From assembly GCF_947581915.1 (NCBI RefSeq), contig NZ_CANPWG010000014.1, positions 7,769-71,768 of the forward strand: a stretch of DNA of 64,000 nucleotides, in the 5' to 3' direction. The DNA comes from Candidatus Palauibacter scopulicola. Lineage in GTDB: Bacteria; Gemmatimonadota; Gemmatimonadetes; Palauibacterales; Palauibacteraceae. Shown piece after piece: positions 55,752 to 64,000 of this stretch. Each line of letters opens with the position of its first letter. Position 1 is the stretch's first letter. A program made the position numbers and the translations under genes. The notes beneath the pieces are model-generated. The model was not told the DNA's origin. It saw only the letters and a list, made by a program, of their open reading frames with translations, and ran no database searches.

Positions 55752-57365
55752 ATGCGAGACGCCGCGCCGCAGCCGATCTTCGATCCGCCCGAGCGCTTCA
55801 ACATCGCCGAGTACTTCCTGGGCGACCGCATTCGGGAAGGGCGGGGCGGCCGCCGCGCGCTGCTCACGGACGGCGGCGAGGTCACCTACGCGGAAGTCGA
55901 CGCGCTGGCGAACCGCTACGGCCACCTCCTGCGCAGCGCGGGCGTGCGGCCGGAGGAGCGGGTTCTCATCGCGCTCCCGGACGGACCGGACTTCGTCGGC
56001 GCCCTCTTCGGCACGCTGCGGATCGGCGCCGTGGGCGTCATGCTGAACCCGTTTCTCCGGCGCGACGAGATTTCCTACTTCTTTCGGTACACGCGCGGCG
56101 CCGTCCTTCTCGTGGATTCGGGCCGCGCGCCCTTCTTCCGCGAGGGGATCTCCGCGGCGCCGGCATCCGCGGCGGCTCATGAAGCCGGCATCCCCTGGGA
56201 CGAGACGCCCTCCGCTCCGCGCGAGACCTTCGTCGTGGACGAGCCGGCCTTTGCGGAACGGCTTCGCGCCCAGCCCGCGACGCTGGAACCCTGCCCGACC
56301 CACCGGGACGATGCCGCCCTCTGGCTGTTCAGCGGGGGAACGACAGGACGCCCGAAGGGCGTCGTGCAGACGCACGCCTCGTTCGCGAACACGACGGAGA
56401 GCTACGGCAAGCGGGTGCTGGGCCTCACGGAAGACGACATCACCCTCTCCGTCCCCAAGCTGTTCTTCGGCTACGCCACAGGGTCCAACCTCTTCTTCCC
56501 CTTCGCGGTCGGTGCGACCGCAGCCCTCTTCCCGGAGCGCTGCACTCCGGACGTCCTGTTCGAGAGGATCGCACGATTCCGCCCCACGGTGCTCGTCAAC
56601 GTCCCCACCATGATCCGGCACATGGTGGCGCACCCGGACGCCGCCGCCAGCGATCTGTCGAGCCTTCGTCTCGCGACCTCGGCGGGTGAGGCGCTCCCGC
56701 CCGAACTTCACCGGCGCTGGCGCGACCGCTGGGGGGTGACGCTCCTGGACGGCCTGGGGACCGCGGAGATGTGGCACATCTTCCTCAGCAACCGTCCGGA
56801 CGAGGTACATCCGGGAACGCTGGGGCGTGCGGTCCCCGGTTTCGAGGTGCGGGTCTGCGACGACGAGGGCCGCGAGCTGCCGGACGGTGAAGTGGGTTGG
56901 CTGTGGGTGCGCGGAGGATCGCGCGCGCTGGGGTACTGGCAGCGGGCCGGGGCGACGGCGGAGGCCTTCCGGGGGGAATGGTACGTGTCGGGCGACATGA
57001 TCGTCCGCGATGAACGCGGGGTGTTCCGCTACTGCGGTCGTGGCGACGACATGCTCAAGGTCAAGGGAAAGTGGCTCTCCCCCGGGGAGGTGGAGGATTG
57101 TCTGCTGCAACACCCCGCCGTCGCGGAGGCGGCCGTCGTCGGCGTGCCGACTCCCGAGGGTCTTCTGGAGCCGGTCGCCTGGATCGTTCCGACGAAACCG
57201 GCTGCCGCAAGAGTCGGCGAGCTGGCGCCGGAACTCAGGGAATTCGTCGGTTCGCGGCTGTCCTCGTACAAGACGCCGGCCGCCGTTCACGTCGCGGCGG
57301 ATCTGCCCCGGACGCACCTCGGAAAGGTCGACCGCGCCGCACTCCGCGATCGATCCCGGACCTGA
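55752..57365 (+). CDS. aryl-carboxylate-CoA ligase of the benzoate/2-aminobenzoate-CoA ligase clade (AMP-binding superfamily)
   Basis: AMP-binding motif SGGTTGRPKGV. N-terminal FNIAEYFL typical of benzoate-CoA ligases. ...GDMIVRDERGVFRYCGRGDDMLKVKGKWLSP... (A8/A10). Divergent from the catabolic operon. Confidence 0.8.
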   Translation: MRDAAPQPIFDPPERFNIAEYFLGDRIREGRGGRRALLTDGGEVTYAEVDALANRYGHLLRSAGVRPEERVLIALPDGPDFVGALFGTLRIGAVGVMLNPFLRRDEISYFFRYTRGAVLLVDSGRAPFFREGISAAPASAAAHEAGIPWDETPSAPRETFVVDEPAFAERLRAQPATLEPCPTHRDDAALWLFSGGTTGRPKGVVQTHASFANTTESYGKRVLGLTEDDITLSVPKLFFGYATGSNLFFPFAVGATAALFPERCTPDVLFERIARFRPTVLVNVPTMIRHMVAHPDAAASDLSSLRLATSAGEALPPELHRRWRDRWGVTLLDGLGTAEMWHIFLSNRPDEVHPGTLGRAVPGFEVRVCDDEGRELPDGEVGWLWVRGGSRALGYWQRAGATAEAFRGEWYVSGDMIVRDERGVFRYCGRGDDMLKVKGKWLSPGEVEDCLLQHPAVAEAAVVGVPTPEGLLEPVAWIVPTKPAAARVGELAPELREFVGSRLSSYKTPAAVHVAADLPRTHLGKVDRAALRDRSRT

Positions 57366-57378
57366 ACCCCGCGGCGTT

Positions 57379-58626
57379 CTAGTCCCCTTCGAGGAACGCC
57401 ATGACGAGTCCGCTCCGGATCTTGGGCTCGAACCAGGTCGACTTGGGAGGCATCATCCGGCGCTGCCGACAGACCGCGACAAACTGATCCATCGTCACGG
57501 CGGGCAGCGTGACGGCCAGATCCGCTCGACCCCCGTCCACCTCGGACGCGAGCCATGCGGCGTCCTTGTTGGCGCCGACGAAGGTGAGCCGCTCGTCGGC
57601 CGCATCCGGGATGCCCAGATCCGCGAAGAGCGTCCGCTGCACGATGTCGTGGTCGATGGAGGCGGCGGCGTCTGCCTCGTCGTAGACGCCGGCCCGCGGC
57701 GAGGCGCGCCGCCAACCTCCGTCCGCCGTGTACACGCCGATCACGTGCGTCGCGTCCGGCTGAAGGGGCTCGTCCCCGGCGGCCGAAACCTCGAAGGAGC
57801 GCTCCAGCGCCGCGTCGACGGCGGTCGCATCGCGTTCGCCGGGCAGGCGGACCAGCCGGTTGTACGGGGAAATGCCCATGCGATCCGCCGGAAAGAACAC
57901 CGCGAGGAAGGACTCGTACCCCAGCATCGCGGCGGCCGCGCTCCGGTGGTTGCCGTCGGCCACGTACGCCTCGGGCTCCGCGGCGAACAGTCGCTGGAGG
58001 CGCGCGATGGCCCCCGGTTCCGCGACGAGCCAGATGCGGTGGATCGTGTCTCCCGCCCCCCCGGTCTCGAAGTCGGGGCCGGTTCCGTCGGCGTGGCGCT
58101 CGAGCGCCGCCGCGAACGCCCCGGACGCGTCCGGCACCGCGTTGTTCACGGTCCCGATGATGGCGCCCGTCGCTTCGATGAGTCGGGCGCGCCCCCTCGC
58201 CTTGGGCGGGCGGACCCCTTCGTTCCTGATGATCGGCCCGGCCGGCGTGTCTTCCGTCCGGATCTCGTTCGTGCGGGCCAGCCCGCCCAGGCCGATCTGC
58301 CGCACACCCGGGCGCCGCGGGTCCACGATCTCGTAGAGGTACAGGATCCGCTTCGCCTCGCGGGTGAAGCGCGAGGCGCTCAGCCGCTGGAAGTTGCGGT
58401 GCGCGAGCTCCAGCGACGCCTCCGAATCGCCGGGGAGAATCGAGGTCGGGCTGTCGACGGCGCAGTGCGCCATCGTGACGCCGAGGACAGAGTCGGGCGC
58501 ACGCCGGATGGCCTCCCAGATCTCCGTATCCCCTTGGAATTCGTCGTAGTTCCGGGCCGAGACGTGGCGGGCGGCCTCGGAGTCGACGGGGACGAGCGCG
58601 CGCGGGACGGGACGTATCGTAAGCAT
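57379..58626 (-). CDS. DUF1015-family protein
   Basis: Start at MLTIRPV (58624-58626) within the longer ORF. Length 415 aa and the conserved blocks are typical of DUF1015. Confidence 0.55.
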   Translation of the reverse strand: MLTIRPVPRALVPVDSEAARHVSARNYDEFQGDTEIWEAIRRAPDSVLGVTMAHCAVDSPTSILPGDSEASLELAHRNFQRLSASRFTREAKRILYLYEIVDPRRPGVRQIGLGGLARTNEIRTEDTPAGPIIRNEGVRPPKARGRARLIEATGAIIGTVNNAVPDASGAFAAALERHADGTGPDFETGGAGDTIHRIWLVAEPGAIARLQRLFAAEPEAYVADGNHRSAAAAMLGYESFLAVFFPADRMGISPYNRLVRLPGERDATAVDAALERSFEVSAAGDEPLQPDATHVIGVYTADGGWRRASPRAGVYDEADAAASIDHDIVQRTLFADLGIPDAADERLTFVGANKDAAWLASEVDGGRADLAVTLPAVTMDQFVAVCRQRRMMPPKSTWFEPKIRSGLVMAFLEGD

Positions 58627-58856
58627 GACGTGATGACGTGGGGGGTTCGGGTTTGGCGTGAGCGTCGGTTCGGCGACAACCCTGCCGAGCCGGACCACGC
58701 GGCGCAACGTCGGGCCCGCGGCGCGCGCGCACGCGCGGGGTTGCCGGTTTCCCCTCCCGACGGTTTCATAAGGGGCGACGGAGCAGGTGCGCCGAGTTCG
58801 GAGGCATGCCGCGGGCGGTCCGCGGGCCATCGGCCGCCACGAAAGTTGGGGGTACG

Positions 58857-59417
58857 ATGGGACCCTTCAAGGGCCGCGTCGGGGCGCGAGGCATCGGGAG
58901 GGCGATGACCGTCGCTGCCTTGGCGGTCGCCGTTACCGGGTGCGAGAGCGACAACAATCCGTACGGACCCGCATACCGAACCGTCCATCACACCATCATC
59001 GGCGCGTACCGGCCGCTCGAACTGCTCAGGCGCCAGGTGCCGCACCTTCCCGACGACTTCCTGCCCCTCCCCCCCGGGTCCGATGTCCGCCTCGTCTTCG
59101 GTTCGATCCAGAACCTGAGTTCACGGCTCACGTTGACCGGATTCGGGCCGGGCGGTACGACCTTCGACACCCGGCTCTACGGTTCGTGGGAGTACGACGT
59201 CGGTGCGCGGAGGATCACGATGAAGATTGACCCGAGCGCGACGACCGACGGGTTCGAGACCGTGCTCCAGGTCACGCTTCTCGACCGCTGGGTCCGCATC
59301 CAGGGCGTCGCGGAGATCGGCGGCCGGCTCGTGCCTCTGGATCTCGGCAAGTCGCTCGTTGAAGCTGCCGAAGGCGGCGGCGGAGGCGGGCCGGCGAACC
59401 GGGTCTCGGCGCGGTAG
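58857..59417 (+). CDS. lipoprotein (hypothetical)
   Basis: Lipobox AVAVTGCES. Gly-rich C-terminal tail. Confidence 0.5.
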   Translation: MGPFKGRVGARGIGRAMTVAALAVAVTGCESDNNPYGPAYRTVHHTIIGAYRPLELLRRQVPHLPDDFLPLPPGSDVRLVFGSIQNLSSRLTLTGFGPGGTTFDTRLYGSWEYDVGARRITMKIDPSATTDGFETVLQVTLLDRWVRIQGVAEIGGRLVPLDLGKSLVEAAEGGGGGGPANRVSAR

Positions 59418-59432
59418 GAGGTACGGCTCCCC

Positions 59433-60209
59433 GTGGCGAAGAAGGCAAAGGCGCGGCCGCAGTCCGCGCGCGGCATCGAACTGACGGCCTTCCGGGTCGC
59501 GGAGACCGCCCTCGATATCGTGACGGGCGACCAGCGCCGCGAGTGGATGGACGAGACGCCCGATCGCTTCGCCTACCGCTGTCTGCCGCTCCTCATCGCG
59601 AATCAGGCCGGCTGGGATCTGCTCTGCCCCACGACGTTCTGGCTTCGCTGGGACGGCGAGGTCGCGCTGGACTCCATCCGTTTTCGCTGGGAGGACGAGC
59701 CGCACCCCGCCATCGCGAGCCACTTCGGGAGCGGAGTCTTGACGTTCACGCCCGGCTATCTGTTCCGCACCACGAAGGGACACAACCTCTGGGCGCGAGG
59801 CTGCCCCAACCTTCCGAAGGACGGCATCGTCCCGCTCGACGGGATCATCGAGACGGACTGGGCCCCGTTCTCGTTCACGATGAACTGGAAGGTCACCCGG
59901 CCCAAGCACTGGATCCGCTTCGACGAGGGCGAGCCGATCTGCCGGATCGTCCCCATTCCGCGGCACTATCTCGAGAACGTGCGCCCCCGCACGCGGGAGC
60001 TGTGGGACGACAAGCTCGTCGCGAACCAGTACACGGCGTGGAACGAGTCCCGGGCCCAGTTCATCGACGACCTCCACGCCCAGGACGAGGAAGCGGTGCA
60101 ACAGGGCTGGCAGCGGACCTATATTCGCGGCCAGAACATGCGCGGCACGCGGATGCAGGACCACCAGACGAAACTCCGGCTTCGCGATTTCCTGTCCTTG
60201 AGGAAATAG
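59433..60209 (+). CDS. hypothetical protein (258 aa)
   Basis: GTG start preceded by AGGAGG. High GC3. No family recognised. Confidence 0.5.
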   Translation: MAKKAKARPQSARGIELTAFRVAETALDIVTGDQRREWMDETPDRFAYRCLPLLIANQAGWDLLCPTTFWLRWDGEVALDSIRFRWEDEPHPAIASHFGSGVLTFTPGYLFRTTKGHNLWARGCPNLPKDGIVPLDGIIETDWAPFSFTMNWKVTRPKHWIRFDEGEPICRIVPIPRHYLENVRPRTRELWDDKLVANQYTAWNESRAQFIDDLHAQDEEAVQQGWQRTYIRGQNMRGTRMQDHQTKLRLRDFLSLRK

Positions 60210-60360
60210 ACGCGTCCCGCCCGGCGCATGGACAACCGCAAATTTCCCGTGTATTCTGGGCTCCGGAAAATGCGAACCGGATCAGGTTCGCCGGTATCGT
60301 GGTCGGCATGTGCGGCAAGCCCGTACTCTCGGCGACACCCATACCTTCAGGAGCACGGGC

Positions 60361-60573
60361 ATGCGCAGAAGCGGCACAGTCAAGTGGTTCAACGATCAGA
60401 AGGGCTTCGGGTTCATCGCGCTCGATGATGGATCCGCCGAGGTCTTCGTTCACCACACGGCGATCCAGGCGGATGGCTTTCGGAGCCTGGCGGAAGGCGA
60501 GAAGGTCGAACTCGATGTCGTCGACGGGCCGAAAGGCCCCAAAGCCGAGAACGTGGTCAAGCAGGCCTTTTGA
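60361..60573 (+). CDS. cspA: cold-shock protein, CspA family
   Basis: [15 protein letters not shown] (RNP1) and VFVHHTAI (RNP2). 70 aa. Confidence 0.9.
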   Translation: MRRSGTVKWFNDQKGFGFIALDDGSAEVFVHHTAIQADGFRSLAEGEKVELDVVDGPKGPKAENVVKQAF

Positions 60574-60615
60574 TCGGCCGGTAGATCGCGCGTCGCGTAG
60601 AGAGACAGGCAGGAA

Positions 60616-60647
60616 GGGGGCGTCCGGGACGGGATGCCCCCTTTTTT
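60616..60647 (+). terminator. rho-independent terminator after cspA: GGGGGCGTCC...GGATGCCCCC stem followed by TTTTTT
   Basis: Read directly. Confidence 0.75.
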
Positions 60648-60764
60648 GATGGCCCTGCGTTTGTTTTGTAGCCTTCCGCGACCCGCTCTCACTAGCGGTC
60701 TCGCGCCTGTTTGTGCAACTTGAACGTGTCACCGTCGCCTCACTTCCAGCGCCGGGAGGGAATC

Positions 60765-61685
60765 ATGGAGATCGACCGAAGAAAGTTCCTCGCATCGGTT
60801 GGTGCCGGGGCCCTCGCCGTCATGACGCCCGAGGACAAGGCGGAGGCCCTGGAGCACTACATGTGCGACCTCCTCGATGGCGACGATCCGGGTCACGTCC
60901 ACGACCATCATCACCACCACGGTCCGGTTCCGCGGACCGAAGACCTCGACCCGCGGCTCCTCGACGACAACGAGTTGCTGGCGGAGGCCGCGGAGGCCGA
61001 AGCCGAATTCGCGGACGAACACGACCACGACGATCACGACCACGACGATCACGAGGCGGAACAGGAGGTCAGGCCCCCGCGCGGAACCGGCAACCTGTTC
61101 AGGCCCACCGACGAGGTTGTCGAACCCCTCCCGGCGAATCCCACGCTGGAGGATTTCTTCCGCAAGCGGTTCTGGCCCGCACGGCATGTCCTGCAGAGCG
61201 CGACTCACGCGTTAAATGACGGGCAGCCCGAGTTGAACGTCCTCGCCGGCCTGCTCCATGACACGGTGCAGAACCTGATCAAGGTGGACCATGGCTGGTG
61301 GGGCGCGCAGCTCTACGAACCGTATGTTCCGGAGTACGTGAGCTGGGGGATCCGGTATCACGGCGCGTTGCGTTTCTATCCGGACGAGGAGTACGGATAC
61401 GAATACCCCGAGTTGTACAACCGGATCTTCGGCGAGGACTACGTCCCGCCGGACTACATCAAGCAGGCGGCGGAGTATGCGACGGGTCATCCGCTGTACG
61501 TTTCGGCCCGCATGATCTGCGTCAACGACACGTATGCCTTCCAGGATGGCATGGAAGTCTCGCTGGATCCGTTCATCGACATCATCGGGCGTCACTTCAA
61601 GCAGCCAAAGGAGGGTCTCGGGTACGACAACAGTCCGGTCGCACACATGTGGAGGTCCATCGAGATGCCCTGGGCTCCGCTCTAG
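60765..61685 (+). CDS. TAT-exported HD-domain protein with an acidic His-rich low-complexity segment
   Basis: Twin-arginine motif DRRKFLASVGAGALA. HHHHH and HDHDDHDHDDHE runs. HD-domain spacing H(THAL)...HD(LLHDTV)...D. RBS GGGAGGG 6 nt upstream. Confidence 0.65.
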   Translation: MEIDRRKFLASVGAGALAVMTPEDKAEALEHYMCDLLDGDDPGHVHDHHHHHGPVPRTEDLDPRLLDDNELLAEAAEAEAEFADEHDHDDHDHDDHEAEQEVRPPRGTGNLFRPTDEVVEPLPANPTLEDFFRKRFWPARHVLQSATHALNDGQPELNVLAGLLHDTVQNLIKVDHGWWGAQLYEPYVPEYVSWGIRYHGALRFYPDEEYGYEYPELYNRIFGEDYVPPDYIKQAAEYATGHPLYVSARMICVNDTYAFQDGMEVSLDPFIDIIGRHFKQPKEGLGYDNSPVAHMWRSIEMPWAPL

Positions 61686-61821
61686 CAGCTGCGGGGCTGC
61701 CGGGGCATCTCCGGACGTTCCGCGGGCCAACGGCTCGGGCCCGCGAGGACGGGAAGCGTCGAGCCAACCTGTTTGAACCGACCATTCGGGATCTGATACG
61801 ACCAAACCTCAGGAGATGAGT

Positions 61822-64000
61822 ATGCTGAAACGAGCATTCCTCGCCCTTGCGTTTCTGGCGCTGCCGGCGGCGGCCTTTGCCCAGGGGACCATCGAGGGCA
61901 GGGTGACCAGTCCGACCGGCGCCGGCCTCAGCGGCGCGAGGGTCGCAATCACCGCGCTCGACATATCGGTGGGCTCGGGCGCCGGCGGCGCCTATTCGAT
62001 TTCCGGCGTCCCGGCCGGCGACCACATGGTCGAAGTCCGGCTCATCGGTTACGCGATTCAGACCCAGACGGTCTCGGTCACGAGCGGCCAGACGTCAAAC
62101 CAGGACTTCGCGCTGGAACTCCAGGCGATCAACCTCGGCGAGCTGGTGGTCGTCGGAAGCCGCACGCAGCCGCGGACGGTGACCGAGTCGATGGTGCCGG
62201 TGGACGTGATCCCGGTGTCCGAGATCGCCAGGCAGGCGGAGACGAACATCGACTTCCTGCTCCGCACCGCGGTTCCGTCCTACAACGTCCGCGTGGAGCC
62301 CATCAGCGACGCGGCCACGATCACGCGGCCGGCGAACCTGCGGGGTCTCGCGTCCGATCACACGATGGTGCTGATCAACGGGAAGCGGCGGCACCGCGGA
62401 TCGATCATCACGTGGCTCGGCGCCGGTCTCTCGGACGGAGCCCAGGGCGTGGACATCGGTTCCATTCCCGGCATCGCGCTGCGGCAGGTGGAGGTGCTCC
62501 GCGACGGCGCCTCGGCGCAGTACGGTTCCGACGCCATTGCCGGCGTGATGAACTTCATCCTGAAGGACGACCGCGACGGCGGCATGATCGAGGTCAAGAG
62601 CGGCAGCTACTACGAAGGCGACGGCGACATGCTCACCGTCTCCGGCAACGTCGGGGTTCCGCTGGGGTCCACCGGCTTCGCCAACCTGAGCGTGGAGTAC
62701 GGCAACCAGGATCCGACCGACCGGGCCATCCAGCGCGCCGACGCCATCGCGCTCCTCGGGGCCGGCAACAGCGCCGTGCGCACACCGACGGCCCAGATCT
62801 GGGGATCGCCCGAAGTCAACGACGACCTGAAGGTGTGGCTCAACACCGGCTACACGTTCAGCGACGACGAGCAGTTCTACGCCTTCGGGAACCTCTCCAC
62901 CAAGGAGGTGGACGGCGGGTTCTTCTTCCGTAACCCGAACACGCGCGGCGCCGTGTTCAGCGGTGACGGCGGGGAGTCGCTGCTCATCGGCGACGTGCTG
63001 ATGGCGAAGGGCCTCGGAACGGCGAACTGCCCGGAGGTCCGCATCACCAACCATGTGCCGGACCCGGTGGCGCTGGCGCAGGTCTTCGCGGATCCGAACT
63101 GCTTCTCGTTCCAGGAGATGTTTCCCGGCGGCTTCACGCCCCAGTTCGGCGGCAACGTCACCGACTGGTCCGTCGTCAGCGGCGTGAAGGGCGGTAACGA
63201 GGACGGCTTCACCTGGGACGCGAGCGCCGGCTTCGGCAGCCACACGGCCGACTTCTTCATCTACAACACGGTGAACGCGGCGCTCGGGCCGGAGACGCCC
63301 ACGCATTTCGACCCGGGCCTGTACCGGCAGGATGAGTTCAACCTCAACTTCGACGTCGCATACGAGGCCAGCGACGGGGTCCACCTCGCGGGCGGGCTCG
63401 AGCGGCGGGAAGAGCGCTTCACGATCGGGCAGGGGCAGGACGAGTCGTGGAAGATCGGGCCCTACGCCGCGCAGGGCTTCAGCTCGTCCTCCAACGGTTT
63501 CCCCGGCTTCAGCCCGATCGCCGCGGGGAACTGGGACCGCCAGAACGTGGCGGTCTACGGAGACCTGCAGCTGGGCGGCAGCGAAGACCCGTGGACGCTC
63601 GGCGCCGCGTTGCGGTTGGAAGACTTCTCCGACTTCGGAACTCAGTTGACGGGGAAGGTCTCGGGCCGCCTGCAGGTCAGCGACGCGGTCGCCCTGCGCG
63701 CGGGCGGGAGCACCGGTTTCCGCGCGCCGACGCCGGGGCAGCAGAACGCCTTCAACGTGTCGACGGTGTTCGACGCGACGATCGGCGACCTCGTCAACCG
63801 CGGCACGATCCCGTCGACGTCCGCCGTGGCGGCCCTTCGAGGCGGGCGGCAGCTGACGCCGGAGAAGGCGTTCAGCCTGACCGCCGGGACGGTGTTCGAC
63901 GCGGACGCGTTCAAGCTGACGGTGGACTACTACCGGATCGCGATCTCGGACCGCTTCGCGCAGACGCAGACGTTCTCGCTCACCGACGATGAGGTCACGC
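61822..64000 (+). CDS. TonB-dependent receptor with CarbopepD_reg-like N-terminal domain; 3' end beyond the window
   Basis: My own translation: MLKRAFLALAFLALPAAAFAQGTIEGRVTSPTGAGLSGARVAI...GYAIQTQTVSV... then plug domain (INLGELVVVGSRTQ...GASAQYGSDAIAGVMNFILK). The frame stays open to the end of the window. AGGAG 6 nt upstream of ATG 61822. Confidence 0.8.
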   Translation, partial: MLKRAFLALAFLALPAAAFAQGTIEGRVTSPTGAGLSGARVAITALDISVGSGAGGAYSISGVPAGDHMVEVRLIGYAIQTQTVSVTSGQTSNQDFALELQAINLGELVVVGSRTQPRTVTESMVPVDVIPVSEIARQAETNIDFLLRTAVPSYNVRVEPISDAATITRPANLRGLASDHTMVLINGKRRHRGSIITWLGAGLSDGAQGVDIGSIPGIALRQVEVLRDGASAQYGSDAIAGVMNFILKDDRDGGMIEVKSGSYYEGDGDMLTVSGNVGVPLGSTGFANLSVEYGNQDPTDRAIQRADAIALLGAGNSAVRTPTAQIWGSPEVNDDLKVWLNTGYTFSDDEQFYAFGNLSTKEVDGGFFFRNPNTRGAVFSGDGGESLLIGDVLMAKGLGTANCPEVRITNHVPDPVALAQVFADPNCFSFQEMFPGGFTPQFGGNVTDWSVVSGVKGGNEDGFTWDASAGFGSHTADFFIYNTVNAALGPETPTHFDPGLYRQDEFNLNFDVAYEASDGVHLAGGLERREERFTIGQGQDESWKIGPYAAQGFSSSSNGFPGFSPIAAGNWDRQNVAVYGDLQLGGSEDPWTLGAALRLEDFSDFGTQLTGKVSGRLQVSDAVALRAGGSTGFRAPTPGQQNAFNVSTVFDATIGDLVNRGTIPSTSAVAALRGGRQLTPEKAFSLTAGTVFDADAFKLTVDYYRIAISDRFAQTQTFSLTDDEVT

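Overview
This 64-kb window is a high-GC (about 70%), densely packed bacterial chromosomal segment. It has two TonB-dependent receptors with carboxypeptidase-regulatory-like N-termini, and no transposases, integrases or CRISPR arrays. I call about 60 protein genes, one tRNA-Glu(CUC) with a near-consensus promoter, two intrinsic terminators and several short tandem repeats. The recognisable blocks run in this order:

- **1-3700:** a partial P5C dehydrogenase, an OmpA-family protein and a FabL-like SDR.
- **3671-4290:** a 620-bp low-GC non-coding island.
- **4291-9336:** an operon of small ORFs feeding into a GT-C glycosyltransferase, converging on a GT2 processive synthase translationally coupled to a secreted amidohydrolase (putative polysaccharide module).
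- **9435-24934:** a phosphate-homeostasis island: ppx-ppk1, then a colinear phoU-pstBACS-phoR-phoB cluster. A Pho-box-like direct repeat lies upstream of it, and a TonB receptor with two lipoproteins is transcribed divergently from it.
- **24969-26748:** a split glutamine-dependent NAD synthetase (CN-hydrolase plus NadE).
- **26905-30346:** a CPBP protease, phosphate-selective-porin-family protein, GT2 and DUF547 lipoprotein operon.
- **31366-38024:** lipA-pdhA-pdhB-E2-lpd-lipB (lipoate synthesis flanking the pyruvate dehydrogenase complex).
- **38220-46075:** ferredoxin, Fpg, a fused E1 alpha/beta dehydrogenase and a DUF5916-family protein (family call is tentative, from weak similarity).
- **47275-57365:** a 10-kb catabolic island that looks like a tryptophan to kynurenine to anthranilate to 2-aminobenzoyl-CoA hybrid pathway. 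It includes a creatininase-family protein that I propose as the missing kynurenine formamidase, and a RidA.
- **60361-64000:** cspA, a TAT-exported His-rich HD-domain protein and a second TonB receptor.

Most long ORFs in the six-frame track are antisense shadows of real genes (Arg/Gly-rich translations). Real genes are frequently translationally coupled by GTGA/ATGA/CTGA start-stop overlaps. I ran no homology or structure search: family calls are from motifs I recognise in the translations, start sites are from frame and motif position, and functional claims for hypotheticals are inference.
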